From NCBI GenBank assembly GCA_048060695.1, contig JBGMQT010000002.1, positions 5,263 to 69,262 of the forward strand: a DNA stretch of 64,000 bases, in the 5' to 3' direction. A program made the position numbers and the translations under genes. The stretch comes from Acidiferrobacterales bacterium. Its GTDB lineage: Bacteria > Pseudomonadota > Gammaproteobacteria > Acidiferrobacterales > JAJDNE01. The notes beneath the pieces were generated by a model. That model worked only from the letters and a program-made list of their open reading frames with translations. It did not search any database and was not told where the DNA came from. Below, one piece after another: positions 30,582-40,402 of this stretch (position 1 is its first letter; every line of letters begins with the position of its first letter).

Positions 30582-30621
30582 GATTTAGAATGATTCTAAA
30601 TCTGACATGGCGACTTGTCAA
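30582..30621 (-). promoter_or_regulatory. Sigma70 promoter of the rubrerythrin operon with overlapping Fur-family (PerR-like) operator
   Basis: Minus strand reads TTGACA (30621-30616), a 17-nt spacer, then TAGAAT (30598-30593). A perfect 10-1-10 palindrome GATTTAGAAT-g-ATTCTAAATC (30582-30602) covers the -10 element. Confidence 0.7.
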
Positions 30622-30827
30622 CCGATAGAGGGGAAGCGTATTGATGCGCATCGACTAAACAGCGAGTGAAATAATAGCGCCAACCGGATCCAGTCAATAC
30701 CTGTACCAGGTATATTCCTCTCTGAAAACATTTGGCTGTAGCGGCTATCTCAACTACTATCTAATGAGATTTAACTCACTGCGGGGATGTTAGTGCAATC
30801 CCCACAAGGAACTGTCCAGCTCAGGAA

Positions 30828-32552
30828 ATGGCGACACCAACTACAGCAACAAGACTTACCGGTCTGGCCCTGCGCCTGGTTCGTGACAGGCTGCTCACGG
30901 CAGATGACGCGGAAAAACTGCAGGATGCGGCCTTGGCCGAGAAAAAATCCTTTGTTTCCTATGCGGTTGAGTCAAAAAAAGTCGACAGTGCCACCATTGC
31001 CCAAATCGCATCTGAAGAGTTCGGCGTGCCGCTGCTTGATATTCGGGCACTTGATATCGAGGCTGCGCCCACTGGACTGGTAAGTGAGAAAATACTCAGG
31101 CGGCATCGCGTATTACCGATTTATAAACGCGGTACCCGTCTCTACGTTGCTACATCGGACCCTACCAATGTCGTGGCGCTGGACGAAATCAAGTTTGCCA
31201 CTGGCATTATTACTGAACCCATCCTGGTGGAAGAAAGCAAACTTGGCGAAGCCATCGACAAGTTTCTTGAAGCCAACGACACCACATTCTCCGATCTGGA
31301 TAGTGACGACGGCCTCGATGGACTGGAAGATCTTGATGTCGGGGCCGACGACGCGCCGGACAAAGAAGCCGATGCCGCCGCGGGCGTAAACGACACACCT
31401 ATCGTCAAATTTGTAAACAAGGTTCTACTGGATGCCATTAATAAAGGTGCTTCGGATATTCACATCGAACCCTATGAAAAAAGCTGTCGTGTTCGCTTCA
31501 GGATAGATGGCATATTACAGGAAGTGGCTGCACCACCGCTGGCACTGGCAATGCGCATCGCCGCACGCATCAAGATTCTATCCAAACTGGATATCGCGGA
31601 ACGTCGGATACCGCAAGATGGGCGTATTAAAATGCGCATATCAAAAAACCGGGCCATCGATTTTCGTGTCAGCACCCTGCCAACACTCTACGGTGAAAAG
31701 ATTGTATTACGTATCCTCGATCCCGCCTCAGCGACATTCGGTGTGGAAAGACTGGGTTTTGAGCCCGACCAGAAAGATCTGTTTCTCGACGCAGTACATC
31801 GCCCCTACGGCATGGTGCTGGTAACCGGCCCCACAGGATCAGGTAAAACAGTCACACTTTATACCGCGGTCAATATCCTCAACAAGCCCGACCTGAATAT
31901 TTCAACCGCGGAAGACCCGGTGGAAATAAACCTTGCCGGTATTAACCAGGTGAACATTAATGAAAGGGCGGGACTGGACTTTTCATTGGTTTTGCGTGCA
32001 TTCCTGCGTCAGGATCCCGACATCATCCTCGTCGGTGAGATTCGAGACCTGGAAACCGCCGGTATCGCGATCAAAGCAGCGCAAACCGGCCATATGGTGC
32101 TATCTACCTTGCATACCAATAGTGCGCCGGCAACATTGACTCGTCTCGTTAATATGGGTGTGCCGCCGTTCAATATCGCGTCCGCGGTAAATCTCGTGGT
32201 CGCCCAACGTCTGGCACGCCGTTTGTGCGAACAATGCAAACAAGTTCTAGACCTGCCCAGGGAGGCCTTGCTAAAGGCAGGATTCAAGGAAGAAAACCTG
32301 AATGGCTTGAAGGTGATGGGTCCGGTTGGCTGCGATTCGTGCACCGGGGGATACAAGGGGCGTGTGGGCATTTACGAAGTAATGCCAGTATCAAAAGCGA
32401 TTGGTGAAATCATTATGCGCGAGGGCACGGAGCTCGATGTCGAAAGACAAATGCTCAAGGACGGCGTTTACGGCCTCCGGGATGCAGGGCTAAAGAAAGT
32501 AGGTGCCGGTCTCACCAGTCTTGAAGAAGTTGAACGTATTACCAATCAATAG
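30828..32552 (+). CDS. pilB: Type IV pilus assembly ATPase
   Basis: 574 aa with the Walker A motif GPTGSGKT, GspE-family Asp/His boxes and a C-terminal tetracysteine CEQC...CDSC. Confidence 0.94.
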   Translation: MATPTTATRLTGLALRLVRDRLLTADDAEKLQDAALAEKKSFVSYAVESKKVDSATIAQIASEEFGVPLLDIRALDIEAAPTGLVSEKILRRHRVLPIYKRGTRLYVATSDPTNVVALDEIKFATGIITEPILVEESKLGEAIDKFLEANDTTFSDLDSDDGLDGLEDLDVGADDAPDKEADAAAGVNDTPIVKFVNKVLLDAINKGASDIHIEPYEKSCRVRFRIDGILQEVAAPPLALAMRIAARIKILSKLDIAERRIPQDGRIKMRISKNRAIDFRVSTLPTLYGEKIVLRILDPASATFGVERLGFEPDQKDLFLDAVHRPYGMVLVTGPTGSGKTVTLYTAVNILNKPDLNISTAEDPVEINLAGINQVNINERAGLDFSLVLRAFLRQDPDIILVGEIRDLETAGIAIKAAQTGHMVLSTLHTNSAPATLTRLVNMGVPPFNIASAVNLVVAQRLARRLCEQCKQVLDLPREALLKAGFKEENLNGLKVMGPVGCDSCTGGYKGRVGIYEVMPVSKAIGEIIMREGTELDVERQMLKDGVYGLRDAGLKKVGAGLTSLEEVERITNQ

Positions 32553-32567
32553 TAAGCGAAATCGTCC

Positions 32568-33785
32568 ATGGCCACAAAAGCAGCAAAACTCAGTACGTTT
32601 ATCTGGGAAGGGGTTGACCGCAGTAATAAAACTATAAGAGGTGAGATGGAAGGAACCAGTGTCTCCCATGTCAACTCAATGCTGCGCCGACAAGGTGTCT
32701 TTCCAAAAAAGGTAAAAAGAAGACCGAAAGCCCTCTCTTTTGGTAAACCTAAAATCAAACCCAAGGATATTGCCGTATTTACGCGGCAAATGGCAACCAT
32801 GCTCACAGCCGGTCTGCCGGTGGTGCAGTCATTTGATATCGTTGCCAAAGGCAGCGAAAACGCGTCAATGCGGGATCTGATCATGAAGGTCAAAAACGAT
32901 GTGGAGTCCGGCACCAATCTTACTGAGGCGTTGGGCAAACACCCCCTTTATTTCGATTCGCTGTACTGCAGCCTGGTTGGTGCCGGTGAACAGGCAGGTA
33001 TTCTCGATACACTTCTGGAAAAAATTGCCACGTACAAGGAAAAAATCGAGAACATCAAAAGTAAGATAAAATCGGCAATGGCCTACCCCACTGCAATCGT
33101 TATCGTAGCCTTTGTTATTACCGCAATTTTACTGATTTTCGTCATCCCGCAGTTTGAATCGCTGTTTGCGGATTTCGGTGCCGATCTTCCTGCGCTGACG
33201 AAAATGGTTATCAGTATGTCCAAGGTCTTTACTGAGTGGTGGTGGGCTATTTTCGGGTCAATAATCGGAGCGGTGATGGGATTTGGCTACGCCTACAAAC
33301 GATCAATCAAAATGCAACATGCGATGGACCGAGCCCTGCTGAAGGCGCCCGTTGTTGGTGAAATTATCCGCAAGGCCACTATCGCACGATTCGCGCGCAC
33401 TTTGGCGACCATGTTCGCCGCTGGTGTCCCTTTGGTGGATGCACTGGATTCCGTTGCCGGTGCCGCGGGTAATGCGGTATACGAGAAGGGTACGAGGGAA
33501 ATTCAGGCTGAAGTGTCAACCGGTACGCAGCTGCAGATCGCGATGGAACGGGTCAATCTGTTCCCCAATATGGTGGTTCAGATGGTGGCGATTGGCGAGG
33601 AGGCCGGTGAGCTTGACGCCATGCTTAGTAAAGTTGCCGATATATACGAGGGCGAAGTTGACGATGCGGTGGATGCCCTGAGTAGCCTGATGGAACCTAT
33701 CATCATGGCCTTCCTGGGTATCGTTGTTGGTGGCATGGTGGTCGCCATGTATTTGCCAATATTCAAGCTCGCGTCGGTAGTGTAA
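32568..33785 (+). CDS. pilC: Type IV pilus platform protein
   Basis: 405 aa with the duplicated GspF-type domain and 3 TM segments, directly after pilB. Confidence 0.93.
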   Translation: MATKAAKLSTFIWEGVDRSNKTIRGEMEGTSVSHVNSMLRRQGVFPKKVKRRPKALSFGKPKIKPKDIAVFTRQMATMLTAGLPVVQSFDIVAKGSENASMRDLIMKVKNDVESGTNLTEALGKHPLYFDSLYCSLVGAGEQAGILDTLLEKIATYKEKIENIKSKIKSAMAYPTAIVIVAFVITAILLIFVIPQFESLFADFGADLPALTKMVISMSKVFTEWWWAIFGSIIGAVMGFGYAYKRSIKMQHAMDRALLKAPVVGEIIRKATIARFARTLATMFAAGVPLVDALDSVAGAAGNAVYEKGTREIQAEVSTGTQLQIAMERVNLFPNMVVQMVAIGEEAGELDAMLSKVADIYEGEVDDAVDALSSLMEPIIMAFLGIVVGGMVVAMYLPIFKLASVV

Positions 33786-33809
33786 TAGCGAACGGCAAGT
33801 TTCACCTTC

Positions 33810-34688
33810 ATGTTTGACGCTACCCTATATTTCCTTGAATCTCATCCGACGTTCTTTATTTTCTCGATAGCGTTGTACGGCCTGGCGGTTGGCAGTTTCC
33901 TGAATGTCGTCATTTTCCGCCTACCTGTAATGCTCGATCAAATCTGGCGTGAGCGTGCGCAGCTCACTCTCGAGCTTGAACCGGATGACAACACTGGAAG
34001 CATTGGTCTCGTTTCACCCCGTTCCCGATGTCCGCATTGTGACCACCCGATAACAGCATGGGAGAATATCCCTGTCGTCAGCTACCTGATTCTTCGAGGC
34101 AAGTGCTCCGAGTGCAAAAAAAAGATCTCAGTTCGTTACCCCCTGGTGGAACTGGCTACAGCTGCACTTTCGGTTAGCGTGGCATGGTCCTTTGGTGTCA
34201 CCACGACCACCCTCGCAGGACTACTATTCATCTGGGCACTGATTCCACTGGCACTGATAGATTACGATCATCAGATCCTGCCGGATGTCATCACGCTACC
34301 CTTTCTCTGGCTGGGCCTGCTGGTGAACGCCTTCAGCATCTTCGCCGATCTCCAATCTGCCGTAATTGGCGCTATCGCCGGCTATTTGTCTTTGTGGCTC
34401 GTTTATCAGGCATTCAAGCTACTGACAAAAAAGGAAGGCATGGGCTTCGGTGACTTCAAGCTCCTTGCCATGCTGGGCGCCTGGCTGGGTTGGCAGCTAT
34501 TGCCACTTACTATATTGCTCGCGGCTTTTTCCGGCGCGGTCATTGGTGGAACCTATCTGGTGTTATCCAGACACGGTCGAGACCATCCGATTCCTTTCGG
34601 ACCCTTTCTTTGCGTCGCCGGCTGGATCGCCCTTTTGTGGGGCCATGATCTGGTGCGAGCCTATCTGCAATTTGCCCGACTCGCATGA
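33810..34688 (+). CDS. pilD: Prepilin peptidase / N-methyltransferase
   Basis: 292 aa with CPHCDHPI...CSECKKKI Zn-motif pairs and a GMGFGDFKL active-site Asp motif. Confidence 0.93.
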   Translation: MFDATLYFLESHPTFFIFSIALYGLAVGSFLNVVIFRLPVMLDQIWRERAQLTLELEPDDNTGSIGLVSPRSRCPHCDHPITAWENIPVVSYLILRGKCSECKKKISVRYPLVELATAALSVSVAWSFGVTTTTLAGLLFIWALIPLALIDYDHQILPDVITLPFLWLGLLVNAFSIFADLQSAVIGAIAGYLSLWLVYQAFKLLTKKEGMGFGDFKLLAMLGAWLGWQLLPLTILLAAFSGAVIGGTYLVLSRHGRDHPIPFGPFLCVAGWIALLWGHDLVRAYLQFARLA

Positions 34689-35281
34689 CACTGCGTGTTG
34701 GCCTGACGGGTGGTATTGGTAGTGGCAAATCTACAGTTGCCAGCCTGTTTGCCGACAAGGGTATACCTGTTATTGATGCTGATGTTATTACGCGCGAACT
34801 GGTTGAACCCGGTGAGGCGGCCTTAAACGAAATATCGGAAACACTGGGCAAGGAATTCATTTCTGAAGACGGTCGCCTGAACCGCGCACGATTACGTGAA
34901 GTGATTTTCAATGATGAGGTCAGCCGAAAACACCTTGAGGTTATCCTCCACCCACGCGTAGCTGAAGTCGTCGCAAGGGAAGTTGCCGCCATCAACTCGG
35001 ACTACTGCATTATTGTTATTCCGCTACTGTTTGAAGCGGCTCAGGAACACCTGGTTGACCGGGTGCTAATCGTCGATGCGCCGGAAGCGTTGCAGGTCAG
35101 TAGAGTGACGGCGCGTGATCATATTGATGGGGAATCGGTAGAGCAAATCATGGCAAGCCAACTCGATCGTAAATCACGGCTGGCGCGCACCGATGATGTG
35201 ATTGTGAACGATGGAGACAAGACCGCGCTAGAAGATCAGGTTGACCATCTGCATGACTATTATCTACAAATGGCGCGCTAG
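34685..35281 (+). CDS. coaE: Dephospho-CoA kinase
   Basis: 198 aa with the P-loop GLTGGIGSGKST and an ATGA overlap with pilD. Confidence 0.93.
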   Translation: MTLRVGLTGGIGSGKSTVASLFADKGIPVIDADVITRELVEPGEAALNEISETLGKEFISEDGRLNRARLREVIFNDEVSRKHLEVILHPRVAEVVAREVAAINSDYCIIVIPLLFEAAQEHLVDRVLIVDAPEALQVSRVTARDHIDGESVEQIMASQLDRKSRLARTDDVIVNDGDKTALEDQVDHLHDYYLQMAR

Positions 35282-36250
35282 CGCCTGCTCGCCGGCTTCC
35301 CAAATACCAGTTACCAAAGCAACCCCCTGGGCACCAGATTGTCTCGCTTGCGCTACCTCGGAGAGCGCCATGCCGCCAAGCGCGTAGACTGGCAGGGCAG
35401 TCGTTGCACACAGTTGCTGGAATCGTAACCAACCCATTGGTCTTGCATCAGGATGACTTGTCGTCGCCCTGACTGGTGAAAGTACCACAAAGTCAGATTT
35501 TATCGACGCTGCTCGCCGCAACGAATACTCATCATGACACGATGCCGCCAGCAGGTAACTCTCATCCACCGGTCGTTGTCCGGTCGACATCAGACGCTCC
35601 TGCGTCAAGTGCACACCGTCAGCCGTCGAATCCTCGACCCATTGCGGATCACAGTTCAACAACACACGGGCACCGTGTCGATGGCAACGCGCTACCACTT
35701 TCTCCGCCAAGTCGAGGAAACGCTGTTTATCAAGCTGGTGTTCTCTTAGCTGCAGCAGTTGCAGCCCGTTTTTCAAAGCGACGTCGAGGGCACGAAAAAA
35801 TTGCACTTCGCCATATTGACCAATTGCACTAATTGCATAAATAGCGGGAAGAGTGAGTACGGCGACGATGGCGTGATTGGCTGGTGGAAACTTCACTGAA
35901 GCCAGATTATCTATGCTGACCCAACGGATATCCTGGCCTTCTCGCCCAACCGCTTTGCCCGAAAAATTCTGCACCTGCCAGACATCCAGCAGAACCAAAA
36001 ATGTTTCATAATGAAAAGGCACCTGAATCAGAGGTGTTGCCCTCTCGATCGCAATGCCTAGTTCTTCACCCAGTTCACGACACAACGCAACAAACGGTGA
36101 CTCTCCGGGTTCAATTTTTCCACCCGGAAATTCCCATTTACCTCCTTGATGCAAGTGCAACGGCCGACGCGCCAGCAAAATATTGGCGTCACTATCTTCA
36201 ATAACTCCAACGATGACTTTTAGATAGTCATCAGGAACGGTATTCGGCAT
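35264..36250 (-). CDS. mutT: Nudix (MutT-type 8-oxo-dGTP diphosphatase) fused to a ThiE/TenI-like domain
   Basis: It carries the Nudix box GGKWEFPGGKIEPGESPFVALCRELGEELGI, and the C-terminal half resembles thiamine-phosphate synthase. I set the start to the ATG at 36250 (a 20-nt overlap with the argJ end). The track start overlaps argJ by 92 nt. Confidence 0.85.
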   Translation of the reverse strand: MPNTVPDDYLKVIVGVIEDSDANILLARRPLHLHQGGKWEFPGGKIEPGESPFVALCRELGEELGIAIERATPLIQVPFHYETFLVLLDVWQVQNFSGKAVGREGQDIRWVSIDNLASVKFPPANHAIVAVLTLPAIYAISAIGQYGEVQFFRALDVALKNGLQLLQLREHQLDKQRFLDLAEKVVARCHRHGARVLLNCDPQWVEDSTADGVHLTQERLMSTGQRPVDESYLLAASCHDEYSLRRAASIKSDFVVLSPVRATTSHPDARPMGWLRFQQLCATTALPVYALGGMALSEVAQARQSGAQGVALVTGIWEAGEQALARHL

Positions 36251-37448
36251 TGATACGGATGTACTCGTGGGAAAGGTCGCTGGTCCAGACCGAGGCACTG
36301 GTATCGCCCATCCCCAGTCCAATTCGTATCACAATCTCTTCCGGCGCCATTGCCGCCTGGCCTGTTTCCTCAGTATAGTCTGCCGCCATATCACCCTTTT
36401 CGAAAACGCACACACCGTTAAGGTGTAGAGACACATTTTCGATATCAAGTTTGTCGATTGGCGCCCGCCCCACCGCCGCCAGGATGCGACCCCAGTTAGG
36501 ATCGCTGGCAAACAACGCCGTTTTGGTCAGGGGTGAATGGGCCACTGTAAATGCAACAGCAAGACAGTCGTCCTCGGTTGTGCCTTCTTCCACCTGTACG
36601 GTCACAAATTTCGTCGCCCCCTCGGCATCGCGCACGATTGCCTGCGCCAGCTCCAGTAATACCTCGCAAAGTGCCTCAACCCATACCTGGTATGCCGCTG
36701 AGCCGTGCGCAAGCGGCTCTAGCTTGACCGCACCACTGGCAATTAATACACAAGCGTCATTGGTAGAGGTATCTCCGTCGACGGTAATACGATTGAAGCT
36801 GTGCGTTATGGCTGTGTCCAGACTACGTTGCAAAAGCGCTGGATCCATTGCGATATCCGACCCGACAAACGCCAGCATGGTCGCCATATTCGGACGAATC
36901 ATGCCGGAACCCTTGGCAATACCGGTGAGGGTAACTGTTTGGCCGTCTATCATAACGGTTCTCGAACACCCCTTGGCAACCGTATCTGTGGTCATAATGC
37001 CATGCGCCGCCGCAACCCAGGTATCTTCCCGGTTGTTATCAATACACTCGGACAAGGCCGAGTCTATTTTTCCTATTGGTGGCGCATCACCGATGACACC
37101 GGTCGAAAACGGCAATACTGATTCGGGAGAACATCCCAATCGATCCGCTACCAGCTGGCAACTCTGCCTTGCGACCTCTATCCCGGTCTGACCAGTTCCC
37201 GCATTCGCCTGGCCCGCGTTGATTAAAAGTGCTCTGGGTGTAGTACAAGTAAAATGCTCTTTGGCAACAACGACCGGTGCTGCGGCAAACCGGTTTTGTG
37301 TGAACACGGCCGCCGTATTTGCACCGGGCTCAATTTCGACTACCACCAGGTCCGGTCGGCCCTGATAACGCAAACCGGCAGCAGTCGCGCCAAGACGGAT
37401 GCCGGCAATCGGCAGAAGAGTTTCGGGAGATTTTAGACCGACAGCCAT
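36231..37448 (-). CDS. argJ: Bifunctional ornithine acetyltransferase / N-acetylglutamate synthase
   Basis: 405 aa with the autoproteolytic site PNMATMLAFV. Confidence 0.95.
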   Translation of the reverse strand: MAVGLKSPETLLPIAGIRLGATAAGLRYQGRPDLVVVEIEPGANTAAVFTQNRFAAAPVVVAKEHFTCTTPRALLINAGQANAGTGQTGIEVARQSCQLVADRLGCSPESVLPFSTGVIGDAPPIGKIDSALSECIDNNREDTWVAAAHGIMTTDTVAKGCSRTVMIDGQTVTLTGIAKGSGMIRPNMATMLAFVGSDIAMDPALLQRSLDTAITHSFNRITVDGDTSTNDACVLIASGAVKLEPLAHGSAAYQVWVEALCEVLLELAQAIVRDAEGATKFVTVQVEEGTTEDDCLAVAFTVAHSPLTKTALFASDPNWGRILAAVGRAPIDKLDIENVSLHLNGVCVFEKGDMAADYTEETGQAAMAPEEIVIRIGLGMGDTSASVWTSDLSHEYIRINAEYRS

Positions 37449-37517
37449 AACACCTGGGCAAATTCCGGTTGCAAGAATCGGGTTAACTTATCACCCAATT
37501 CTCTTTATACAAAACTG

Positions 37518-40211
37518 TTATTGCAACTTACCGTGGCATTGTTTGTATTTCTTTCCTGAACCACAAGGACAAGGCGCATTGCGCCCCACTTTGGGCTTGT
37601 CCCGAACAATGGGTTTGCTGGCAACAGCAACCTCGTCGTGATCCACTGCTTCGGGTGACTGTAATTCCGGATGTACGAAATCCATTTGGCTGGCCGTATG
37701 TCGTGGCCGTTGCAGTGCATCGACGTCTTCGTCGTCCCTCACCTCAACGTGAGCCAGCAGCGTAATCACTTCGAGCTTGATGCGATCAAGCATTTCCGAG
37801 AATAATTCAAATGCCTCGCGCTTGTATTCTTCCTTCGGGTTCTTCTGCGCGTACCCGCGCAAATGAATCCCCTGACGCAGGAAATCCATCGCCGACAGAT
37901 GATCCTTCCACTGTCGGTCCAGCACCTGTAGCATCACCGCCTGCTCAAGATGTTGCATTACCTCGTTGCCGATAGCCTCCGCCTTTTCTGTATGTAATCG
38001 TTCAAGCCCAGTCAAAATACGATCTCGCAGCCCCTCCTCCTCAAGGCCTGTATCCTGCTCCAGCCATTTTTTTAGTTCCAGTTTCGCGGCCAGCTCGGCT
38101 TCTACTGCATTCTCCAGACCCGATACATCCCACTGCTCTTCAAGACTCTGGGGCGGAATGTATTGATCGATCAGACTATGCGCTACTTCGCGACGAATAT
38201 TGCGAATACTCTCATCGATGTTGCTAACTTCCATGAGTTCGTTGCGCTGTTGATATATGACCATTCGCTGATCGTTGGCAACATCATCGTATTCGAGCAG
38301 TTGCTTGCGGATATCGAAGTTGCGTCCTTCGACCTTGCGTTGCGCATTCTCGATTGCACGACTTACCCAGGGGTGCTCAATCGCTTCGCCCTCCTGCATA
38401 CCCAACCGCTGCATCATGGTGCTGATGCGCTCAGATCCGAAAATACGCATCAGGTTGTCCTCAAGTGACAGGTAAAAACGGCTGGAGCCCGGGTCTCCCT
38501 GCCGACCAGAACGCCCCCGCAACTGGTTATCGATACGGCGGGATTCGTGCCTTTCGGTACCAATTACGTGCAGACCACCTGCCTCCAGCACCTGTTGGTG
38601 CCTTTGCTCCCATTGCTCGCGAATCTTTGACTGTTTTGATTCATTATCGGCCACTGCCTCCAGTTCCACCTCGAGGTTACCGCCCAGCACAATGTCGGTT
38701 CCGCGACCGGCCATGTTGGTCGCCAGTGTTACGGCACCGGGTTGACCCGCCTGGGCGACAATATGCGCCTCACGTTCATGTTGTTTGGCATTCAGTACTT
38801 CGTGCGGGACTTTGTTCTTGCTTAGCAACTTCGACAGATATTCGGACGAATCGATTGAAATAGTACCCACCAGCACCGGTTGCCCTCGTTTATGACAATC
38901 GACGATATCGGCCAATACGGCAATATCCTTTTCTGCTGCGGTGCGATAAATCTGATCGGTATGGTCTTTTCGTATCATTTCCATGTGTGTAGGTATGACA
39001 ACAACTTCCAGTCCATAAATCTGGTGGAATTCAAATGCCTCTGTATCGGCCGTACCGGTCATGCCTGACAAGACATTGTATTGACGGAAATAATTCTGAA
39101 AAGTAATCGATGCCAACGTCTGGTTTTCGTGTTGAACCTTTACGTCTTCTTTCGCTTCGATAGCTTGATGCAGGCCTTCTGACCAGCGGCGGCCGGACAT
39201 CATTCGACCGGTAAACTCATCTATGATTACAATCTCGTTGTCCTTAACGATATAATCGACTTCACACTGGTACAAGGTATGTGCCCGAAGTGCGGCGTTG
39301 GCATGATGCAAGAGACCAATATTGGCGGCATCATACAGGTTACTGTCTGTCGCCAGTAAACCGGCTTCGGCCAGCAACGTTTCAACTTTTTCGTGGCCGG
39401 CATCTGTCAGAAATGCCTGCCTGGTCTTCTCGTCAATCGTAAAATCGCCGGGGCCATCTTCTTCCTTTTGCGCCTCAAGTTTTGGAATAATGGTATTTAT
39501 CTTTCCATACAGGTCCGTGCTCTCATCGGCCGGACCCGATATGATCAACGGTGTTCTAGCTTCATCAATAAGAATAGAGTCAACTTCATCGATAATTGCG
39601 AAATTCAAGCCTCGTTGAAAACGCTCCTCGGGACTAAATGCCATGTTGTCCCGTAAATAATCGAAACCGAATTCATTGTTGGTACCGTAGGTAATGTCGG
39701 CCCGATAGGCCTCACGTTTTTCTTCATAATCCTGGTCGGACAGCACCACGCCCACGGTCAGCCCCAGGAAATTATGGACCTGGCCCATCCACCCGGCATC
39801 GCGACTCGCCAGATAGTCATTAACGGTTACAATGTGCACGCCCTCGCCAGATAGTGCATTCAGGTACGCTGACAGGGTGGACACCAATGTTTTACCTTCG
39901 CCAGTGCGCATTTCTGCAATCTTGCCCTCATGCAAGGTCATGCCGCCGATCAACTGCACATCAAAATGTCGCATCCCCAGCGAACGTACCGCCGCTTCGC
40001 GAACGACGGCAAAGGCTTCCGGCAACAATTCATCCAGCGTTTCGCCCTGCTTTATTCGCTCACGGAATTCATCTGTCTTGGCGCGTAACTCCTCGTCTGT
40101 CAGCGCCGCGATTGACTCTTCAAACGCATTGATGCCCGACACCTTTTGACGCATGCTCTTGATCAAACGTGCATTTCGACTTCCAAATACTTTTCGTAAG
40201 ACTGATTTCAC
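37518..40211 (-). CDS. secA: Preprotein translocase ATPase
   Basis: It carries [19 protein letters not shown] and the C-terminal Zn motif [15 protein letters not shown] set the start to the GTG at 40211, giving (M)[12 protein letters not shown], which aligns with the E. coli MLIKLLTKVFGSRN. The track start adds 34 non-homologous residues. Confidence 0.95.
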   Translation of the reverse strand: MKSVLRKVFGSRNARLIKSMRQKVSGINAFEESIAALTDEELRAKTDEFRERIKQGETLDELLPEAFAVVREAAVRSLGMRHFDVQLIGGMTLHEGKIAEMRTGEGKTLVSTLSAYLNALSGEGVHIVTVNDYLASRDAGWMGQVHNFLGLTVGVVLSDQDYEEKREAYRADITYGTNNEFGFDYLRDNMAFSPEERFQRGLNFAIIDEVDSILIDEARTPLIISGPADESTDLYGKINTIIPKLEAQKEEDGPGDFTIDEKTRQAFLTDAGHEKVETLLAEAGLLATDSNLYDAANIGLLHHANAALRAHTLYQCEVDYIVKDNEIVIIDEFTGRMMSGRRWSEGLHQAIEAKEDVKVQHENQTLASITFQNYFRQYNVLSGMTGTADTEAFEFHQIYGLEVVVIPTHMEMIRKDHTDQIYRTAAEKDIAVLADIVDCHKRGQPVLVGTISIDSSEYLSKLLSKNKVPHEVLNAKQHEREAHIVAQAGQPGAVTLATNMAGRGTDIVLGGNLEVELEAVADNESKQSKIREQWEQRHQQVLEAGGLHVIGTERHESRRIDNQLRGRSGRQGDPGSSRFYLSLEDNLMRIFGSERISTMMQRLGMQEGEAIEHPWVSRAIENAQRKVEGRNFDIRKQLLEYDDVANDQRMVIYQQRNELMEVSNIDESIRNIRREVAHSLIDQYIPPQSLEEQWDVSGLENAVEAELAAKLELKKWLEQDTGLEEEGLRDRILTGLERLHTEKAEAIGNEVMQHLEQAVMLQVLDRQWKDHLSAMDFLRQGIHLRGYAQKNPKEEYKREAFELFSEMLDRIKLEVITLLAHVEVRDDEDVDALQRPRHTASQMDFVHPELQSPEAVDHDEVAVASKPIVRDKPKVGRNAPCPCGSGKKYKQCHGKLQ

Positions 40212-40402
40212 TACTGTTCCCGTGAGCGCCGGAGGCTCAAAAAAGGGGGCATTATGTCGGAAAAGGGGGCCAACTTGAAGCACGTTGTACCGGCTTTGGC
40301 CTGCCAGCGACAAGGAAGTTGGGGTAGAATCGTGCCCTGAATTAACATAATCGCGATTTCATCGCGCACCCGTACATGGCAATGTCGCCGCAAATTTAAA
40401 CC

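Noticed and set aside
40211-40393. A 60-aa minus-strand ORF immediately upstream of secA, considered as a SecM-like arrest peptide. Also the 34-residue N-terminal extension of the track's secA ORF.
   Set aside because: It has no signal peptide and no arrest motif resembling FxxxxWIxxxxGIRAGP, and it is not coupled to a plausible start. SecA aligns from the GTG at 40211.
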